Position numbers and translations under genes: made by a program | Notes under the pieces: generated by a model | Seen by the model: the letters and a program-made list of their open reading frames with translations, nothing else | Databases searched by the model: none | Told to the model about the DNA's origin: nothing | Shown here: positions 42,808 through 57,841 of the stretch, piece after piece | Position numbering within the stretch: position 1 is the stretch's first letter | How the letters are laid out: every line of letters starts with the position of its first letter | Assembly (NCBI GenBank): GCA_951406725.2 | Contig: OX597819.1 | Location: forward strand, 71,362,001 to 71,426,000 | Direction: 5' to 3' | Source of the DNA: Octopus vulgaris | Lineage: Eukaryota | Length of the DNA stretch: 64,000 nt

Positions 42808-43401
42808 TGTCTACCAATAAGTTGCTACCACTGTAGAAAGTAATAAAAAGAGAAGAAAAGTTATTAGTTTAAACTTGAAATTATTAAAAGGTTTCATGAC
42901 GATGAAAAGAAAGCAAAGATCAAAAGATAACTTGGCTTTAGTGAACCAACGATTCGAATTATTTTCGTTGCAGTAAAGAGACTGAGTCGTGGGATCAATG
43001 TGAAGTAGTATGTACATCCTTAAGCATGCAATGTGCTGGGAATTGAAGTTCAATAACGCTCGAGTTTGAAGAAGATTTTAATCAGAAGCGAATTCGAACT
43101 GACTTCAATAATATTATGATCAAAGGTTTTTTTTTTTTCTTGATTGAAAATATATAAATATCAATATCAATAGGTGACTGTGACATTTTACATCTGCAAA
43201 TGTTCGCTGGAAAATTTCAAAAGTCAAACAGAAATGAAAAAATACGCAAAAATAAGAAGAGAAATCGCAAGTGCAGTTGAAGAAGCTGTTTCCAAATATC
43301 TTCCGGAATTAAAGAAAATATTAGAAGAGAATAATGGCAATAATCGCCAAATTTTTAGAGCTTCCAAAGCTGACCTTTTGGGAAGAAGACTTTTTCGCTA
43401 A
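42808..43401 (+). pseudogene. Tigger/pogo transposase relic (HTH_psq, CENP-B-type region and start of DDE)
   Basis: KKRRKVISL / KLEIIKRFHDDEKKAKIKR*LGFSEPTIRII, then LENFKSQ...EIASAVEEAVSKYLPELKKILEE...QIFRASKADL, resembling Tigger GESASAD...QVFNADETGL. Confidence 0.8.
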
Positions 43402-43557
43402 AAATATGAATCATCGCAACCTGGTTAATTTAGACGTTACTTGCAAGTAAGTATAACATGGTAGTTTGTAAATAGCTTTAGGTACCTGTATAATCGCATA
43501 GACACCCTCTTGGCCATTCTAATCTTGACTAAATGAAACATGGTGGATGTGTCAGAG

Positions 43558-43592
<35 letters not shown>

Positions 43593-45104
43593 AAGAAAGA
43601 GAGGGAGAAAGCCGCACCTGCACTCGATTTGTGCTAATTTTCATTTGAGAGACTGAAATAATGTGAAATGATCTGCCTTGCTCAAGGGGCTTGCTCAGTC
43701 TAGAAATCGATTTAAAAGTATGGTTGTTTTAACCCTTTCCCTTAGCTTCATTTAAAACCAATTATTATGAAAAATATTCCAAGGATCATTAAAAGGTGTT
43801 TGGTATACCTTATTTTTTTCAAAAAATGGTTACAATTGTGTAATATAATAGATGTCAACAAGCAATTTTCCCCCACTCATTTATGAATAAGTTTTTTAAA
43901 CTTCTCTTTTAAAAACTGATTCACATCCTATTTTTTTCTCCAGAAGTGTATTCCAAATTTAGCCTGTAATTCTTACCAATGTCCCCCCACCACTCCGGAC
44001 AACGCTGCTCACAGTGCTTTGTGCATAGATATACAGGTTGTACCTTTACTAAGTAATCCAATAGTTTTGGATCAGGAGACTTGAGATACTTTTAAGTTTG
44101 TTAAAATTTGAAGAATTTTATGCAGAGCAATTTAATTTACAAACAGGAAAAGCTCTTCAAGAATTCTGGTAAAAAAAATATCATAGAAAAAAGCTGAAAA
44201 TATTCACGGGTCAGTTGAAGAAATAATAACCAGATGCTTGAGAGCAGTGTTGAAGAATCTTTTGTCTGAATATAATAATGACTGCAAATTGATTAAAATA
44301 TATGAAAAAATAAATAAGAACGGTCGAGTAAGACTTGGAATTACCATTACTATTCGTAGAAAACTTCAGTATGTTGTTTACGAAACGTTCATGAATTATT
44401 GACTTCATCTTCCAAAAATTTTAGTTGGGAAGGCTTTAGTGAAACCATGTAGTAACGGAAAGAGGAGAAGAAGAAGAAGAAGAAGAAGAAGAAGAAGAAG
44501 AAGAAGAAGAAGAAGAAGAAGAAGAAGAAGAAGAAGAAGAAGAAGAAGAAGAAGAAGAAGAAGAAGGGGAGGGAGAGGGAGAAATACCTCAAAGCAAATA
44601 ACATTGATGGACTCAATGCCTTTTACGAAATGCAGAGGGGTCAATGAACGATTAATGAAATACGTACTTGAATGAGGATAGAATTATGGCCGATCTTTGA
44701 GGTCAAATAACCGAGCTGCATTTTATCGAAAAATAAATGCATTGAAACAAAAAGCATAATGAAAGGCAAAGCTGTTCAATTATTTATTAATAAAATTTTC
44801 TATAAAAAGAAAAACAGAAGCAAAAAAAAGGATTTACAGAAATTGCTAATTACTTTTTTAACTCTTTTTTAACAACGATTAATCATAACTATTTCCATTA
44901 ATTAGTAAACTTAATTAAAGAAGTTTTGATATACGCAGGAACATAAGGAGACTCGCTTACCACATTGCGCAAGTACTATCAGTGTGTGTGTGTGTGTGTG
45001 TGTGTAAGTATGGTCTGTGTGTTGTGTTGTGTGTGTGTGTGTGCATGTAATATATATAATTCTTAACCAAGAACGCCATTGACAGTAATTCACTAGATCA
45101 CCGT

Positions 45105-45145
45105 CTCCTGATAGCTTAACTGGCCAAAACTTCGAAGTAACTGTT
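45105..45145 (+). ncRNA. Decayed hammerhead-like motif (family H2; element about 45105-45250)
   Basis: CTGATA GCTTAACTGGCC AAA ACTTCGAAGT A ACTG. Downstream similar to the other H2 copies. Confidence 0.45.
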
Positions 45146-45419
45146 AATAATATTCTAGTTTAGGAATGATAAATTTCTGCTCTTACAAAAGTATAGAGTA
45201 ACTCATAGATTAATGTAAAATTGTTTTTATTTTAACTGAACATAAAATATCAATATATTAATATCTCATTAATATTAATATATTATATATATATATATAT
45301 GTTAGCAAAATTTAGATTCAGATAAATATGGTACTTAAGTTAAAGGCACCAGAATTTTGTATGGTATTATCCACATTAATCAAATGGGGTGATTATAATA
45401 AAAATAAACATATATATAT

Positions 45420-45698
45420 GGAGGCGCAAAAGCCCAGTGGTTAGGACATCAAACTCGCGGTTGTAGGATCGCGGTTTCGATTCCCAGACCGGGTGTTGTG
45501 AGTGTTTATTGAGCGAAAACACCTAAAGCTCCACGAGGCTCCGGCAGGGGGTGGTGGCGATCCCTGCTGTACTCTTTCGCCATAACTTTCTCTCACTCTT
45601 TCTTCTGTTGGTCTGCTCGCTTAGCCAATGTGAAGCGCATTGTGACCAGCGATGTGTAGGAAAATCTGATAGCCTCGTCGGTCACGGTGATCGCGGTG

Positions 45699-45700
<2 letters not shown>
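45420..45700 (+). mobile_element. SINE with family D head and a different 3' module
   Basis: ggaggcgcaaaagcccagtggttagg...ggtttcgattcccagaccggg...ctgtactctttcgccataactttctctcac, then diverges. Confidence 0.8.
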
Positions 45701-45744
<44 letters not shown>

Positions 45745-45908
45745 GGAGAATGGATAGATATTTATCTATTTAAGAATGACTATATATATGTATGTAGTGT
45801 AGGTGGATAGGTAGGTAGGTAGGTAGTAGGCGGGTTTACAGATAGACAAGAGAGATAGATAGAGAGAGAGATAGATAGAGAGAGAGAAAGAGAGAGAGAG
45901 CTTTAACA

Positions 45909-46106
45909 GTCTAATATTGGGGCATATAAGCCCTCGGCGGATGAAAGTAATGTTGGCTATACGCATGGGAATCGAATATATATTAATATAAGCTAAGGGT
46001 ACGTTAGTGTTTTGGGAGCACACTTGTCGCGAATACGTAAAGATGTAGGTACGGTACGGCAAACCCTACACTTTTCCGTCGAGGGCTTACATCTCCAATA
46101 TCAGAC
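45909..46106. mobile_element. Small MITE-like element with about 38-bp inverted repeats
   Basis: gtctaatattggggcatataagccctcggcggatgaaagt versus acttttccgtcgagggcttacatctccaatatcagac. Confidence 0.65.
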
Positions 46107-46238
46107 CATTCGCTTTAGTCAATGCACGGTGATCGCATATACACTTTAAGCTAGTAAAATACATATGTATTTATTTTGTTTTTATTTGCAAGATTCTTTA
46201 TGCGAATTCGTGTGTTGAAGCATATTTTATTGTGACGA

Positions 46239-46512
46239 GGGAGTGTCATTCTCTTTTAGTGCCTTATTATTTAATATAGTCACCGGTTCGATTTCCATTC
46301 ATTTACTTATTTATATTTTTCTAAAATTTTCGTTGCGTCTGGCAAGCTTTTCAATAGTCGTAACGACTATGCATGGCCATAGTCCTCAACGACTATTGAA
46401 AAGGCTGTAAGACGCAACGAAAATTTTAGAAAAAAATCAAATAATTAAATGAGTGGAAATCGAGCCGGTGATTGTGTTAAAAAATAAGGCACTAAAAGAG
46501 AATGACACTCCC
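46239..46512. repeat. About 270-bp imperfect palindrome with divergent HHR-like motifs at 46321-46357 (-) and 46393-46429 (+)
   Basis: Arms gggagtgtcattctcttttagtgcc...ttttcaatagtcgt and acgactattgaaaa...ggcactaaaagagaatgacactccc. Confidence 0.9.
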
Positions 46513-46578
46513 CATATACGGTATCATACATATATGCGCACATGTATACATGTGTGTGTGTGTGTATGTATGCATGTA

Positions 46579-46623
<45 letters not shown>

Positions 46624-46809
46624 GCATGTGTGTATATGCAATTTTTTTCTATCGGCTTCGTTTGCCGAAATGACAAGTTACGGGGGCGTAAACAAACCAA
46701 CACCGGTCATCAAGCGTTGACGGGATACAAACACAAACACACACACATACAAAAACATTCATGTACACACACACATAACTCCCTATATATATGCACATAC
46801 GCACACACA

Positions 46810-46893
<84 letters not shown>

Positions 46894-47730
46894 GATAGAG
46901 AGAGAGAAAGAAAGAAAAACAGAAAGAAAGAAAGAGAGGGAAACAAAGAGAGAGAAAAGGCCGCACACAAATGCATAGTGGTACATACAAGTATTAATGC
47001 ATAACCATACATTCGCATACAACTGTGTATTCGCATAACCCTATACACACCCTAATACCTATACTGTAGCACGCTGCCGTCCCGACACCTAATCACGTGA
47101 ATGGGCTCAGAAATAGTCGATTCCAAAATGGCCGCCTTCATTCATCGTACATTCAACAAGTGCAGCGAAATACTCCAACTTCACACGGTAATTAAGTATT
47201 TGTGCAGTTAATTAGGGGCAAATTGTCAATAAAAATTAACTATTCGACATTCACAAAAGTATTTTTCAATTTGATTTTATTGCATTTTTTCCATTTTATT
47301 TATTTCATAAATTTATATTTTACAAATTATCATAAATTTGAACGAAAAGAGAAAAATTCTAAATGAAAATTTAAAAAAATAAAGAATAAAATGAAAGACT
47401 ATAGAAAAAAATATGTAAAGAAAAAGAAAATTTTAAATATAAATTTCTATACGTTTTGATGCTTTCGGCACCAAATGAATTCGAAACTATCTATTGATTT
47501 TTTTCTTCTTTTTTTCATCAAAGAGGATAACGTGCTAGCGGTGACGGTGTGTTTATATGGTGACCTCGGCTAATTTAGAATAAATATACTGAAACCCAGA
47601 ATAATAACGTCAGTGTGTGTGTGCGTATGTGTGTGTGTGTGTGTATGCATATCACACAGAGAGTAAGAGAGAGAGATGGTGGTAGATACAAATATATATA
47701 TAGAGAGAGAGACAGATAGATAGACAGATT

Positions 47731-47814
<84 letters not shown>

Positions 47815-47836
47815 TGAAATTCACAAGGAATAGGTT

Positions 47837-47878
47837 AACAGCTAGTTCGAAGCTTCAGCTGGCCTGCCGTCATCAAAT
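47837..47878 (-). ncRNA. Decayed hammerhead-like motif (family H2)
   Basis: Minus strand TTGATGA CGGCAGGCCAGCT GAAG CTTCGAA CTA GCTGTT. Flank cacaaggaataggttaacag resembles tacaaggaacatgttaatag at about 50985. Confidence 0.4.
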
Positions 47879-48003
47879 TGGCTGAGAGTGTCAGGTAAGT
47901 AGAAACTGCAAAGTCACTGTTAACCGTTTCAGTGTAAAATTTAAATATTACTGAATATTTCAAAAAAGTATTGTGCAATCTTTCATTTTTACAGTGATTT
48001 CAA

Positions 48004-48375
48004 ATTTTGGCACGAAGCTAGGGAGGAGTAGGTCGATTAATGGACTCAAGAGTTCAACTGATGATTATTTTATCAATTTTAATTAAAGGAAAGGCACGTT
48101 CGATCTCGGTCGTATTTGAACTCCGAACGTAAAGTCGGAAGAAATGCCTATTTCTTTATTACCCACAAGGGGCTAAACATAGAGGGGACTAACAAGGACA
48201 GACATAGGTATTAAGGCGATTACATCGATCCCAGTGCGTAACTGGTACTTAATTTATCGACCACGAAAGGATGAAAGGCAAAGTCAACCTCGGCGGAATT
48301 TGAACTCAGAACGTAACGTCAGACGAAATGCCGCTAAGCATTTTCCCCCGGCGTGCTAATACTCTATCAGCTCAC
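48004..48375 (-). mobile_element. Two adjacent or nested family E SINEs
   Basis: Well preserved 48146-48375 copy plus an older 48004-48145 segment. Confidence 0.8.
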
Positions 48376-48477
48376 TTTAATAATGCTAAGTGGCTTTATA
48401 TATAACTTGATTTAACAACATGCACTATGCACACACATACCGACATACACACTTGTATGTATGTGTGTATATATATG

Positions 48478-48909
<432 letters not shown>

Positions 48910-49701
48910 TATACTTACATACATACAGGTTGGAGATGGTGTGTATGTGTCTATGGACAAAATTTGTTCTTTTTGCTAACCTCAGAGCTATAAATATATA
49001 CTAATCTGCCAAACGCACTCCGACCTTTGAACCACAGACATGCAGTCTAATCTCTCTATATCTTGGTTATCTTTCTCTCTTTCTCAGATGCAGACTGCTA
49101 CCCCTACTGGGTCACTTCTGACTCACCTTTCTTTCCCTCATCTTCTGTACTCGTGCTAGCATACACACTAACAACTGTACCGAATCCTTACTCCCGGCAC
49201 GCCCACTCGCTGGACTCCTCGCACCTGCTCATGTTTTGCCTTGCGTTCGTTAACATGCAAACACCTAACTATCAATTAAAAACCAACATTAATTGCGGAA
49301 ATAGCATCGTTCTCAAACGGTCTTCGTAAAAATGTAATAATAAAAAAAAAAAAGATTGGCGGCCAAAGAAACTAGAAACAAGAAACAAAATAAAAAATGA
49401 AGAAAAACATGGATCCATTGTAGCATGAATTAACAAATTGTTTAGGTTCCGTCATCACCAAATCGTTGCTTTTGTTGTTTCCCCCTTCAGCACAACACAA
49501 AACACACTTAGTTAATAATGATCGACGTACACAGTAAACAGAGATTCTTTTGTATTCCTGTTAATTGGTGGAGGTCTTCTGTACTTTTATCAACTTAGTT
49601 ACACGGCTTTCACACACATATACACACAACACACACAAGCGTATAGCTACATACAAATACACATACACATACATATACATATATCTACCTATATGTCTAT
49701 C

Positions 49702-49756
<55 letters not shown>

Positions 49757-49911
49757 ATATATATATGTATACACACACATACATACATACATGCATATAT
49801 ATATATATACGAATATATATGCATATATATAGACATACACACAAGTATATGTGATAATGAATCATATATATGTAAATGCGTGTGTGTGTGTGTATATAGG
49901 TATATATATAT

Positions 49912-50002
<91 letters not shown>

Positions 50003-51000
50003 CATATATATATATATATTTAACTTGGTCATCACAAACGTGCGTGCACTTTCACCCACACATCTGCCTAATCAAACCAATCCACACCCACGAGGTGGCC
50101 ATGCATATATATATTCAATTAATTGATAAAATTTGTCCGTGTGGATCTATTGAAATCTGTAAACAGCAAGCAAAAGTGTGATTGAAATTTTTTGAAAGCC
50201 ATAGACGATGCAGGCGGAAGTGTGTCTTGTATTAAAATCAACGGACATATTAATGCCTTATTTGACCTTTTTTTTTTCAAAGACAACCTACGCAGTTGGC
50301 GAAACTGACAGTGACCTATATATAGAGAAACAGAGAAGGTGTGTGTTTACTGATTCTGATTCTGAATATAAGGGAAGGAGTTCAACTGAGATAATTCATG
50401 CAATTAATTGTGAAAAACTCCTTTCATGAGTGTTTGAAGCCTACAAAGAACCAAAGAAGAGAAGAGAAAGCAATTAAGAGCAGTTAGTTGAATTCCTTGC
50501 AAAATATAGATCAGGCAGGTGGGATTATATCTTGCCTTTAAAACTAAGTGGGTATAGAGGCGCACATTCTCCTGTCTTATTTGTACTCCTCAGCAAAGTA
50601 TATTCTACTCGATCGTCAAGAATGATCAACGCTGAGGTCTAAATATACCGAAACACCCTATCGTATTCGTTCTATTAAATATATTTTCCCCAAAATTCAG
50701 TTGATTAATCTAGCTGGTCTTATCTCCTTTGCTTGTTCCTTGGAGATATCGTAAGCTTTCCTTTTTTTTTAAATTTAAGATTTCCTACTATGTATTTTAC
50801 ATATGTAAGCACATTTTGTACCCATGCACTATACACATCCCTGATTCCTTCCTGCCACCTCCCTTCCTCCATCCCTCTGTAGTTCCATACATATATTGTT
50901 TTTATCTAGAAAGGCACTTTAGCATTAAATTGAAAAAAATTACTCAATATTTTTTTAGCAGAGCAAATAGTTATTAAACTTTTACAAGGAACATGTTAAT

Positions 51001-51043
51001 AGTGACTTCGAAGTTTCGGATTATTTGCCTTCATCAGTATCTG
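51001..51043 (-). ncRNA. Hammerhead-like motif with canonical core (family H2; element about 50905-51085)
   Basis: Minus strand CTGATGA A GG CAAATAAT CC GAA ACTTCGAAGT C. Canonical core, 10-nt palindromic stem III, GUC triplet. Stem I pairs poorly. Confidence 0.65.
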
Positions 51044-51085
51044 GTAAAACTTTGATGTCAATATCAACTTTTTCCTTGCAAAAGT

Positions 51086-51137
<52 letters not shown>

Positions 51138-51203
51138 TGTATGTATGTATGTATGTATGTATGTATGTATGTATGTATGTATGTATGTATGTATTTACAT
51201 GCA

Positions 51204-51280
<77 letters not shown>

Positions 51281-51637
51281 GTCTGTAAGTATGTATATTA
51301 AACAATAAGTACGTAAATTTATATGTAAACTCTTTCATGTGTGCATTAATATACCCAAAAGCCAATTTTGTTTTATTTGCTTGTAAACAGCAGGCTATAT
51401 CAAACGTAATTATCTAATATTGTTATTTCTGCAAGTTTACACTGCACTTGTTGTTGTTATTATTATTATTATTATTGCTGTTGTTATTGTTGATGTTGTT
51501 ATTGCTGTCGTCACAGTCATTATTGTTGCCCTTATACTATAGCAATAATGAATTTGGTTGTTTTTTCCAGTTGTTTATAACCTCCTCTCAACCATCTTTC
51601 TCTCTATTTATCTCTCTGCTTTTTAGGTTCTCCTATT

Positions 51638-51688
<51 letters not shown>

Positions 51689-51818
51689 GTTCAATTTTTT
51701 ATTCAGTAGTAAAAAAAATCTCTCATGCACAAACAACGCCATTTTATCATTATCAGGATGAGTAAAGACTTCTACTTCGATCACCATCAATATAACAGCG
51801 ACTACTGCACCACACACC

Positions 51819-51890
<72 letters not shown>

Positions 51891-52106
51891 GCCACCACCA
51901 CCACCACCACCACCACCACAAATATTATCGCTAACACAAAAGTATGACTGGTTTTTATCTCTATGGCTATTTTTGCTGTTTTCGTTGGCGTTGTTGTTTA
52001 GCAACTCCTCTGCCAAGGTCTGTTCTCATTAAGAAGACATATCATCAAACTGCATACATACATACATATATACATACATACATACATACATACATACATA
52101 CATACA

Positions 52107-52190
<84 letters not shown>

Positions 52191-52596
52191 AGTGAAACCG
52201 GTAAAGTAAATAAACATCTTTTAAATTGCATTTTCAAACCTTCTTTCGTATATATATATATATATATATATATATAATGCCAGCCATGATCATCACCTCC
52301 CTTTTCTATGTCGAAAGAAATCAGGATAACATTATCCAACATGTTTGTTTTACTTTTTCAAGAGTGCAGGATATGTGATTTGAAGGAGATTACGCCGACA
52401 TTTCTAGCAGACTGCGTGGCCATATAGTGCTCCTTTCATTGGTATCTTGATACTGCTGCTGCTGCTGCTGCGGTTGTTGTTGTTGTTGTTGTTGTTGTTC
52501 TTCTTCTTCTTCTTCTTCTTCATCATCATCATCATCATCATCATCATTATTAGTAGTTTTATTATTATTATCATTATTATTATTATTATTATTATT

Positions 52597-52682
<86 letters not shown>

Positions 52683-52707
52683 TATTATTATAATTATTAT
52701 TATTATA

Positions 52708-52744
<37 letters not shown>

Positions 52745-52746
<2 letters not shown>

Positions 52747-55056
52747 TTTTCAGTAGTTTTATTTTTATAGCGTGCTTTCACTTCACTACCGAGCGCAGCT
52801 CTGTGTGCCTTGGGTATGTGCTGTGATTTGTTGTGATGCTCTGATGGTTATTGTATGGAAAGTGTTCTGCGTAGGATGTGTGCAGTGCCTAGTAGTGTAA
52901 TTTTCTGTATGTTATATGTGTTTGTAAGTCCTGGTGTTTTTGTTATGTATTTGTCTGAATATTTTTTTATCATGCCTAATGCACCTACTATGATAGGAAT
53001 TGTTTCTGTTTTCAGATTCCACATTCTAGTTACCTCTATTTCCAGGTCTTTGTATTTTGAGAGTTTCTCCATTTCTTTTAGAGACACGTTGTCATCAGCC
53101 GGTATTGATACATCAATTAGAAAGCATTTTTTTCTTCATGATCTCTGACAACTATATCTGGTCTGTTTGCCTTAATTTCTCTATCTGTGTGTATCGGCAT
53201 ATCCCAGAGTATGGTTGCTTTCTCGTTTTCTGTGACCTTTTCTGGTGTGTGCCTATACCATCTTTTTTCTGTTGTTATTCCATAATGTTGGCATAGCTTC
53301 CAATGTATGTAGGTTCCAACTCTGTCATGACTGTGAATATATTCCTTCTTAGCCAGGACTGGGCAGCTAGAGATAATATGATTTATTGTTTCTTGTCCAA
53401 CTCCACATATTCTGCAGTTACTTGTAATATTTCTTTTCATTAGATGTTTTTGGTAATTTCTGGTGGGGAGGCTTTGGTCTTGTGCTGCAATTAAAAATCC
53501 CTCTGTTTCTGCTTTGAGTCCTGAGCTTCTCAACCATTGCTGGGATTTTTCTTTGTCTATTTCTTTTGCGTTTAGTTTAGTCCAGTATTTACCATGAAGG
53601 GGCTTTTCTTGCCATCGTTTTATCATGGCTCGTTGCTGTTCTATTTTTAGTTTGGATTTCATTTGTTTTATAGATTTTGTTGTTTCTTCATCTTCTTCTT
53701 CTTCTTCATGTTTATTAGGTGGTATGATTTCTTGTTTGTATTTGTCAGCTTCCTTAAATACTAAGAACAGTATTTTGTTTTGCTCGTGTTTTGCCGCTAT
53801 CTGGATCAGTTTTCCTTCCTTCTGAAGTAGATATTTTTGCAGTCCTATGGTGGTTATTTTATAGTAGTTTTCCAGCTGTATAAGGCCTCTACCACCTTCT
53901 ATACGTTGTATATATAGTCTTTCTATGTCAGATTTTGGGTGATGCATCCTAGATCCTGTCATTATTTTTCTTGTTTTCCTATCTATTTTGGTCAGTTCAT
54001 TTCGTGTCCAGTTAAGGATATTGTGGCTGTAACTTATAACTGGGACAGCTAAAGTGTTGATACCTATTATCTTGTTTTTAGCATTGAGCTCTGTGTTTAG
54101 TATTGATCTAACTCGTCTATAATATTCTTTTTTTTATTTTCTCTTTCATTTGTGTGTGTTGTGTCTTATCTAGTTCATGGATTCCTAAGTATTTGTAAGT
54201 TTGGCTTTGGTCTAATTCTTTTATTTCATTGGTTTTATCTAGTGTGATGTTGTTGCTCTTAACTAGTTTTCCTCTTTTCATGGTTACTTTGGCGCATTTT
54301 TCTAATCCAAATTTCATATCTATTTCTTTGGTAAATCCATGAACTGTCTTTGATAGTGTTTCCAGCTGTTATTCATTTGCAGCGTATAGTTTTAAGTCAT
54401 CCATATATAAAAGGTGGCTGATCGTTTTGCCGTAACATTTATATCCGCATCCAGTTCTATTTAGCATATCAGATAGAGGTGATAGTCCCAAGCAGAAAAG
54501 GAGTGGAGAGAGCGTGTCTCCCTGGAATATTCCTCTTCTAATGGGGATGTCTTTGGTTTTCATGATTCCCTCTTTTGTTTGGAGGTGTAGGACTGTTTGC
54601 CATTTATTCATAGAGTGCTCTATGAATTTTATGATTGTTTGTGCTACTTTGTTAATGGCTAGTGTTTCGAGGATCCATGTGTGGGGGATGCTATCAAACG
54701 CCTTTTTGTAGGCCATACTGAGGCCTTTCTTCTTTCTGTGGCTGTCTTCAGTTATGGCTTTATTAATCATTAGTTGATCTTTACAGCCATATGAGCCTTT
54801 GCGGTATCCTTTCTGCTCTTCTGGGAACAGTTTGTTTTCGTCCAGGTGCTTGTTCAGCCTTTGTGATATCACTGCAGTAAATGCCTTGAACATAGTAGGG
54901 AGGCATGTTATTGGTCTGTAGTTTTCTGGTTTTTCTGTTTCATTTGATTTGGGAATTAAGATGGTTTTCCCCTTCGTGAGCCATTCAGGCATTGTCTCAG
55001 GCTCTGCTAGTACGTTGTTAAAGTTTTCAGCCAGCTTTTTGTGCATTCCTGTTAGA
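52745..55056 (-). mobile_element. Dong/R4-clade LINE, 5'-truncated and frameshifted (RT, CCHC, restriction-like endonuclease) in (TAA)n
   Basis: NYRPITCLPT, GIFQGDTLSPLLF, LLYMDDLKLYA, YKYLG, GGRGL, AAQDQSLPT, CRICGVGQETINHIISSC, NRPDIVV and KEMEKLSKY. (TAA)n on both sides. Confidence 0.93.
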
Positions 55057-55111
<55 letters not shown>

Positions 55112-55256
55112 GTTATTGTTATTTTGGTTTGGCTGAGGTCCCGTCTTATTCCTGGTAGGATTTATGTGGGTCGCGGCTTACTATCTATAACTTTAGGTAT
55201 CCGCAAGTTTTCAGTTTAGAACCCTATTACTATTATTATTGTTGTTGTTTTTATTA

Positions 55257-55432
55257 AGGCGGTGAACTGGCAGAATCGTTGATTCGTCAGACAAACCGCT
55301 TAATAGCATTTATTTCGTGGTCGACGTTGCCTTTTATCTATAAAATAAGTACCAACCGGGTACGCTGGAGGTCGATGTAACCGACTAAACCTCCCTCCCC
55401 TAAAATTTCAGGCGTTCTGCCTATAGGAGAAA
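55257..55432 (+). mobile_element. Family E SINE, internally deleted
   Basis: aggcggtgaactggcagaatcgtt...aaaataagtacc...gtcgatgtaaccgact. Confidence 0.65.
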
Positions 55433-56429
55433 GCATTATAAATGTTGTGGTTGTTGTTGTTTATTGCTGCTGTAATCGTTATCACTTCCGTTGTTAGGGC
55501 CCTCTTCGTTATGTCACTGTTAACTGATGTTGCTGCTGTTGTTACTGCTGTTGTTGCTGATAGTGTTAATGCAGCTATCTTATTTAAATTGATGTACTTA
55601 TAGTGGTTGTTGTCGTTGTTGTTGTCAATTTCGTGCTTTTTGACATGCAAGAAAATGTGCAATGTTTTCAAAAGAGCCAAATATAACATTTCACGCGACT
55701 AAATATAACAACAAAATAAAAATTTAAAACGACACCTCATAGATATAGGGAGGGCTAATACAACAACAACAAATCCATACGCACTATAATAAGCACTCAC
55801 CATCAGCAACATCAAAGAGACAGTTTCAATCTTCTAATTATTAACATTGGATTCAAAATGGTCATTCACAGTTGAAATACATATAACTGGAACAGCAACA
55901 ATAAGTACAGTATATAGCACCTGCCTGGAAGGGCATTTAAAGGTCAAGAGGATTCTTCCCTCCTTGACTGCAGCATAAACAACAGTTAATACCTTTAAAT
56001 AATCAATCTCTTTCATTTGTTCACCATCCAATCAGTTTATATTGTCAGCTTAGCGACGTTCAAAAGCATCAGCTTCTTTAAACTTTCATGACCCATGCCA
56101 TATCAGGAATCTCCTGTAAAACATGATCCAAGGGAGCTTTGTGTATACGCGAGGGATTTTGAACGTGTACGCATGGATGTTTGTGGCAGTGAACGGCTTG
56201 TATGTGTGTGTATGTGACTGTATGTGTGAGAGAGAGTGAGTATTAGCATGTGTGAGCTCGCTTGTATATGAACAAAGTGTGTCCGAGTGTTTACGTGTGT
56301 GTGAGTGTGAATGTATATGTGTGAGCGTGTCTATGAGTTTGTTTCCGTAAGTGTCCATGTGTGTCTATGTGCTCACATGTGTAAGTGTGCGTGTGGATGT
56401 GTGCATTAGTGTGTATGTGCGTATGTGTG

Positions 56430-56476
<47 letters not shown>

Positions 56477-56827
56477 TATGTATTATGTGTTCCTGTGTGT
56501 ATGTGTATGTGTGTGTGGAGGGCATATGTACGTGTAGATGCCTGTATGAGTATGTATGTCATTTTGTGCGTGAGCGGGTGTATTTATAACAGCCAGTACA
56601 AGTTTACTCATATCTTCACGTGTCTGTCAACAAAATATGTCTTTCCTTTTTGGTGTGTGTGTGTGTATGCTTGCGAAGGCGCGTTTCGCTTATTGGACAA
56701 TTCCGTGTCAGGGATCAGCTGACATCACGCATTTGTATTAATGGGGCCGTAGACAAGCAATAATGTTTCGCATCCTTGGACGAAGTTTCCCATTCGTACA
56801 CATTTTAAAAATGAATAATATTGCATC

Positions 56828-56898
<71 letters not shown>

Positions 56899-56942
56899 GT
56901 AGATAGATAATTAGTTAGTTCGATAGATAGATAGGTAGATAT

Positions 56943-57035
<93 letters not shown>

Positions 57036-57296
57036 GGGATGTTTATAACTGCCAGAGTGTGAAATCGTACGTTGAAACAGATATTGTTGTATTTCGGTAC
57101 GGTCATTTTTTAAACTTTGTCAGATAAACACACGCACTATATATTCGTTCTTCACTCGTCTATTACTATTCTTATGCTAACTCACGTCCAGAAATCTCTC
57201 GTCACACATGTGTGACCTCTTCAGCGACACTCTCCTTCTCAGTGTGTGTACTTGCTCCATGCACACACACACACATATATATATATACATACACAC

Positions 57297-57355
<59 letters not shown>

Positions 57356-57797
57356 CATATATATATGTGTGTGTGTGTTTGAGTGTATATATATATGTGA
57401 TTGTGCATGTCTATGTGTGAGTGTGTGTAAATGCATGTATCATTCTGTGTTCGCTAATTTGCTTATATGTGTGCCCATGCACACGAGCAAGCCCAGGCGT
57501 GTGAGTAAATTTCTCCAGTGACTGGGGCACAGGTGCCCGCGTGCATGCAAAGGTAAAAGAGTACATACTGATACCAAAATAATTGGGAAGTGAGTAATTT
57601 TTGTAGATTATTTAAACATAAAAAACGGAAAACCAAATTATATGGATTATTGTTGAAGAACAAGCTGTTAATCACGTACAGCGATTAGAGGTTTCCATTA
57701 TTTTTTACGTGAAAATAAACTGTGAAGAAATCCTGGAAGTAGGTAAGAACGTTGCTTGATTAACAAGTATTCATACGTGCATTTTTGTGCGTGTAGA

Positions 57798-57841
<44 letters not shown>

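Noticed and set aside
43990-44440. Possible DNA transposase relic (VNNS/ERFV resembling VNDxAERxV) on the minus strand
   Set aside because: One frameshifted motif only, which is insufficient.
47120-47140. YY1-like CAAAATGGCCGCC site (similar near 27983)
   Set aside because: Isolated short motif with no promoter or gene context.
52190-52250. GAAACCGGTA half-hammerhead in a 60-bp insert between (TA)n arrays
   Set aside because: No CUGANGA half found. Possibly a truncated copy, but not supportable.
55800-56150. RTE-like remnant (LDGEQMKEIDYLKVL) on the minus strand
   Set aside because: Single short motif, too degenerate to call.
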